Below, piece after piece: positions 60,789 to 64,000 of a DNA stretch of 64,000 bases (positions are counted from its first letter, which is position 1; each line of letters opens with the position of its first letter). The notes beneath the pieces are model-generated. The model did not search any database. It was given only the letters and a program-made list of their open reading frames with translations, and was not told the origin of the DNA. Location: assembly GCA_963696385.1 (NCBI GenBank), contig CAVOKF010000007.1, positions 160,001 to 224,000 on the forward strand. The letters are read 5' to 3'. This DNA is from an uncultured delta proteobacterium (GTDB lineage Bacteria > Myxococcota_A > Polyangia > Polyangiales > Polyangiaceae). Both the position numbers and the translations under genes were made by a program.

Positions 60789-62309
60789 GTGGCGCAGGAC
60801 GCTCCCGGACAAGTTGCTGGCGTGACCTTGGGCGAGATCCTCGCGGGCAAGTACCGCGTGGAGCGCGTCCTGGGGATCGGGGGTGTGGGAGCCGTCGTCG
60901 CTGCCCATGACCTGCACCTCGATCAGACGGTGGCCCTCAAGTTTCTGCTCCCCGAAGCGCTCGGAAACGCGGACGCGGTGTCGCGCTTCGTCCGCGAGGC
61001 GCGCGCGGCGGTGAAGATCCGAAGCGAACACGTGGCTCGCGTGATCGACGTGAGCACGCTTCCGAACGGCGCCCCGTACATCGTCATGGAGTACCTCGAT
61101 GGCGGGGACCTGGCCCACTGGCTCACCGAGCGCGGCCCTTTGCCTATCGAGCAAGCGGTCGAGTTCGTCCTTTACGCCGCCGTCGCGGTGGCCGAGGCGC
61201 ACGCGCTCGGTATCGTTCATCGGGATCTGAAGCCCGCGAACCTATTTTGCGTGCGGCGTTCGGACGGACAGCTTTCGATCAAGGTCTTGGACTTCGGCAT
61301 CTCGAAGATCACCGGCCGCACGGAATCGGTCGCTAGCAACCTGAGGGCCGAGGGGCACGGCTTGACCCAGGCGTCGACAGTGATGGGGTCGCCTCACTAC
61401 ATGTCGCCCGAACAGATGCGCTCGTCCAAGGACGTCGACGCGCAGACGGATATCTGGGCTCTCGGCGTGACTCTCTTCGAGCTATTGACCGGCCGCCCGC
61501 CCTTCCAGGCGGACTCACTCACCGAGCTGGCGATCACCGTTGCAAACGACCCGCAACCGGCCATGAGGACCTTCCGGCCCGACGCGCCGATCGGGCTGGA
61601 AACGGTCATCGCCCATTGTCTGAAAAAGGACCCTCGCCAGCGTTACCGCAACGTGGCCGAGTTCGCGCGGGCACTTCAGCCGTTCGGTCCCAAGCGGGCC
61701 AAGGCCTGCGTCGAGCGCATCTCCGGGATCATTCAGGCAGCGGGCCTTTCAATGAGCGCGCTGCCGGTTCCGCTCTCTCGACCCGGTTCGGCAGTCCAGG
61801 TGTCGGCGGAATCGGTGGCGCCCCTAGGTAGAACGACGGCCGACAAGGGGCGTCGTCGAGGCTCGTTTGGGCCGCCTCTCGTCGCGGCGGGCGTGGGCCT
61901 CGCGTTGGTCGGCGCGGCGGTCTTCGCACGTCGGCCCAAATACCGCACCGAGCACGCCGCGGCCGCGCAAGCGGAAATCCGCCTCCCCTTGTCGCACACC
62001 GCGGTCGGTCCTGTGGAGCCGTATGACGCTCCGCCTCCGCAAGCCGTGCCAATCGAGACTCTGCCGCCCGCTCCGCCGACGTGGTCCGCAGAGGTCGCCG
62101 CTCCCCCGAGACCCGCTCCGTCCAAGACGAATCCGCCCGCGGGCGGCCGGGCCGTCGTCGTGCCGCCCCCACCCGCGACTGCGTCACGGGCGGCCCCGAC
62201 CGCACCGGCTCCCGCCAAATCGACGCCTTCACCCCCGGCCGCGAAGTGCGACCCGCCCTATTACTTTGACACCCGGGGCAACCGGCTCTTCAAGAAGGAA
62301 TGTCTGTGA
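60789..62309 (+). CDS. Eukaryotic-like Ser/Thr protein kinase with TM segment and Pro-rich tail
   Basis: LGIGGVG, VALK, HRDLKPAN, DFG, GSPHYMSPEQ, DIWALG; GTG start at 60789 with AAGGA RBS. Confidence 0.93.
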   Translation: MAQDAPGQVAGVTLGEILAGKYRVERVLGIGGVGAVVAAHDLHLDQTVALKFLLPEALGNADAVSRFVREARAAVKIRSEHVARVIDVSTLPNGAPYIVMEYLDGGDLAHWLTERGPLPIEQAVEFVLYAAVAVAEAHALGIVHRDLKPANLFCVRRSDGQLSIKVLDFGISKITGRTESVASNLRAEGHGLTQASTVMGSPHYMSPEQMRSSKDVDAQTDIWALGVTLFELLTGRPPFQADSLTELAITVANDPQPAMRTFRPDAPIGLETVIAHCLKKDPRQRYRNVAEFARALQPFGPKRAKACVERISGIIQAAGLSMSALPVPLSRPGSAVQVSAESVAPLGRTTADKGRRRGSFGPPLVAAGVGLALVGAAVFARRPKYRTEHAAAAQAEIRLPLSHTAVGPVEPYDAPPPQAVPIETLPPAPPTWSAEVAAPPRPAPSKTNPPAGGRAVVVPPPPATASRAAPTAPAPAKSTPSPPAAKCDPPYYFDTRGNRLFKKECL

Positions 62310-63244
62310 GAGCGACAAGGCCGGGCTTGCTCCTGGTTGCGCCAATCGCGGTTCTCTCCGCGTTCGGGTCGGCCCCCGTTCGAGCCGACCCGAACCTCAC
62401 CAAGGACCAGTGCGTCGACTCGAATGGCGAGGGACAAGAACTTCGACGGGAAGGCCAGTTCTCGGTCGCAAGAGGAAAGTTTCTCCTCTGCGCGAACCAG
62501 TCTTGCCCGGCGATTGTCCGTGACGACTGCACCAAGCGGCTCGACGAGCTCGAGAAGGCTCAGCCCACCCTCGCTTTCCAAGTCAAGGACGCATCGGGTG
62601 CGGACGTGAGTGCGGTGAAGGTCACGGTCGACCGCAAAGTGTTGACCGACGCCTTGGACGGCACTTCGCTGCGGGTCGATGCCGGACGGCACGTCTTCAC
62701 ATTCGAGATCGCCGGGCAGCCGCCAATCCTCCGAACACTCGTCATCACGGAAGGAGTGAAGGGGCGTCGCGAAGTGGTGACGATGGGTGCGGCCCCCTTC
62801 GTGGCACCGATGCCCACGACCGGCGCTTCCCCGGCCGCGACACCCCGGTCGGATGCCGGGCGGCCTGCGGCGGCCGGAACGATGGGGACGCGGGAAATGC
62901 TGGGGACGGTGACGGGCGGTGTTGGGCTGGCGGGCTTGGCGGTTGGAGGCGTGTTCGGACTGTTGACCCTTTCGGAGAAAAAAAAGCAGCAAAATGACTG
63001 CCCGAACTTTGCCTCCTGCACAAGCAGCGGCCATTCCAGCGCCGTCACCGATCACTCGAACGGGATGACCGACGCGACGATCTCGACGACCGCGTTTATT
63101 GCCGGGGCCGCGCTGCTGGTCGGCGGCGCGGTGCTTGTGTTCACTGCGGGAGGCGCCAGAGATCAGCCAGCAACCACCGGGGTGCTCGTTTCGCCGGGCG
63201 TTGTACCCGGTGGCGGGGGGATGTTGCTCAGGGGAGTGTTCTGA
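62300..63244 (+). CDS. Kinase-associated exported/membrane protein (PEGA-like)
   Basis: Signal peptide, C....CP..VRDDC, VDAGRH.F, two TM helices, terminal LRGVF. Confidence 0.7.
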   Translation: MSVRATRPGLLLVAPIAVLSAFGSAPVRADPNLTKDQCVDSNGEGQELRREGQFSVARGKFLLCANQSCPAIVRDDCTKRLDELEKAQPTLAFQVKDASGADVSAVKVTVDRKVLTDALDGTSLRVDAGRHVFTFEIAGQPPILRTLVITEGVKGRREVVTMGAAPFVAPMPTTGASPAATPRSDAGRPAAAGTMGTREMLGTVTGGVGLAGLAVGGVFGLLTLSEKKKQQNDCPNFASCTSSGHSSAVTDHSNGMTDATISTTAFIAGAALLVGGAVLVFTAGGARDQPATTGVLVSPGVVPGGGGMLLRGVF

Positions 63245-63247
63245 GGC

Positions 63248-64000
63248 ATGGGGCCGCCGCGACTTGTGTTTGCTGCCCCGATGGTCATTGCCGGTTGCGC
63301 GGGCATCATCGGGTTTCCCGACGTGCCGGATAGTGGAGACACCGGCGACGCCAGCGGGACTACCCGTGACACGGCGCACGCCTGCGATGGCGCCGGGTGT
63401 GACGACACCGTCGACGATTCGAGCGGCGCATGGACCGATGCGACGATCGAAGCGCCGGTCACGGGGGGTGGCGACGACTCGGTAGCCGACGCGCCCATGG
63501 GCAACGCGACGAGCAGCGAGTCGAGCGGCGGCGAGTCGGCGACCGGCGTGAGCGTTTCCGACGCGTCGACCGAGCCCGAAGCGACGGCCGACGATGGCGC
63601 CCTCGATGCGGCGGACAGCGCGCCGGAAGAATCCGATGCCACGGCCCAGGACAGCAGCCTCGACCTCGGTCTCGTGGCTCTCTACCACTTCGACGAAACG
63701 AGTGGCACCACCTCGGCCGATTCGTCGGGCAACGGCAATACGGCGACGATGGAGAACGGCGCGACGTTCTCGCCGGGGGTGCGCGGCAACGCGGCAACGT
63801 TCAACGGCACGGACCAATACGTGATGCTGCCGATCGGCATCGTCAGCGCATTGACGAACTTCTCGATCTCGGCGTGGATCTACCAGACCCGAGGCGCCGT
63901 GGGCTTCGGCGACCGCCTCTTCGACTTCGGCACCGGAAAGACCGTCAATATGTTCATCACCACCGATGGAGACGCGTTGCGTTATGCCGTGACCCGGGGC
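63248..64000 (+). CDS. LamG-like (concanavalin A fold) lipoprotein, runs off the window
   Basis: IAG-C lipobox; in-frame GLVALYHFDE.SG...DSSGNG, FSISAWI, RLFDFG. Confidence 0.8.
   Translation, partial: MGPPRLVFAAPMVIAGCAGIIGFPDVPDSGDTGDASGTTRDTAHACDGAGCDDTVDDSSGAWTDATIEAPVTGGGDDSVADAPMGNATSSESSGGESATGVSVSDASTEPEATADDGALDAADSAPEESDATAQDSSLDLGLVALYHFDETSGTTSADSSGNGNTATMENGATFSPGVRGNAATFNGTDQYVMLPIGIVSALTNFSISAWIYQTRGAVGFGDRLFDFGTGKTVNMFITTDGDALRYAVTRG

Overview
High-GC DNA that looks myxobacterial (MYXO-CTERM protein, Ser/Thr kinase cluster, Cys-rich lipoproteins). 1-3.5 kb: a patatin-like gene split by a complete IS66 (555-3375; 22-bp imperfect IRs, 8-bp CGCGCGCG target duplication). 3.5-39.9 kb: a large extracellular contractile injection system (eCIS, Afp/PVC-like). 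It has two sheaths, two tubes, a tube initiator, an unannotated 58-aa gene, a split VgrG, gp25, baseplate proteins, fibre-like proteins, an AAA ATPase, a divergent DUF4255, and a DUF4157 cargo with a nuclease tip. The operon also carries two multi-domain glycosyltransferases and a MYXO-CTERM surface protein with a CBM9/DOMON-like domain. The most striking signal is a recurrent (G/A/S)-S-P-P peptide motif: 23 copies by manual count in 10 locus proteins, mostly predicted outer particle parts, versus 2 in the proteins of 40-64 kb. This suggests a dedicated particle-modification (glycosylation) system, which is an inference. 40-42 kb: a GH24 lysozyme facing an LprI-like inhibitor. 43-64 kb: nitrobindin-like protein, copper oxidase/TolC operon, NDH-2-cNMP fusion, GH63-like glucosidase, SDR, LytS/LytTR pair, fatty-acid cis/trans isomerase, Ser/Thr kinase cluster. 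Several small indels in short repeats may be assembly errors. All family calls come from motif recognition by eye; no searches were run.
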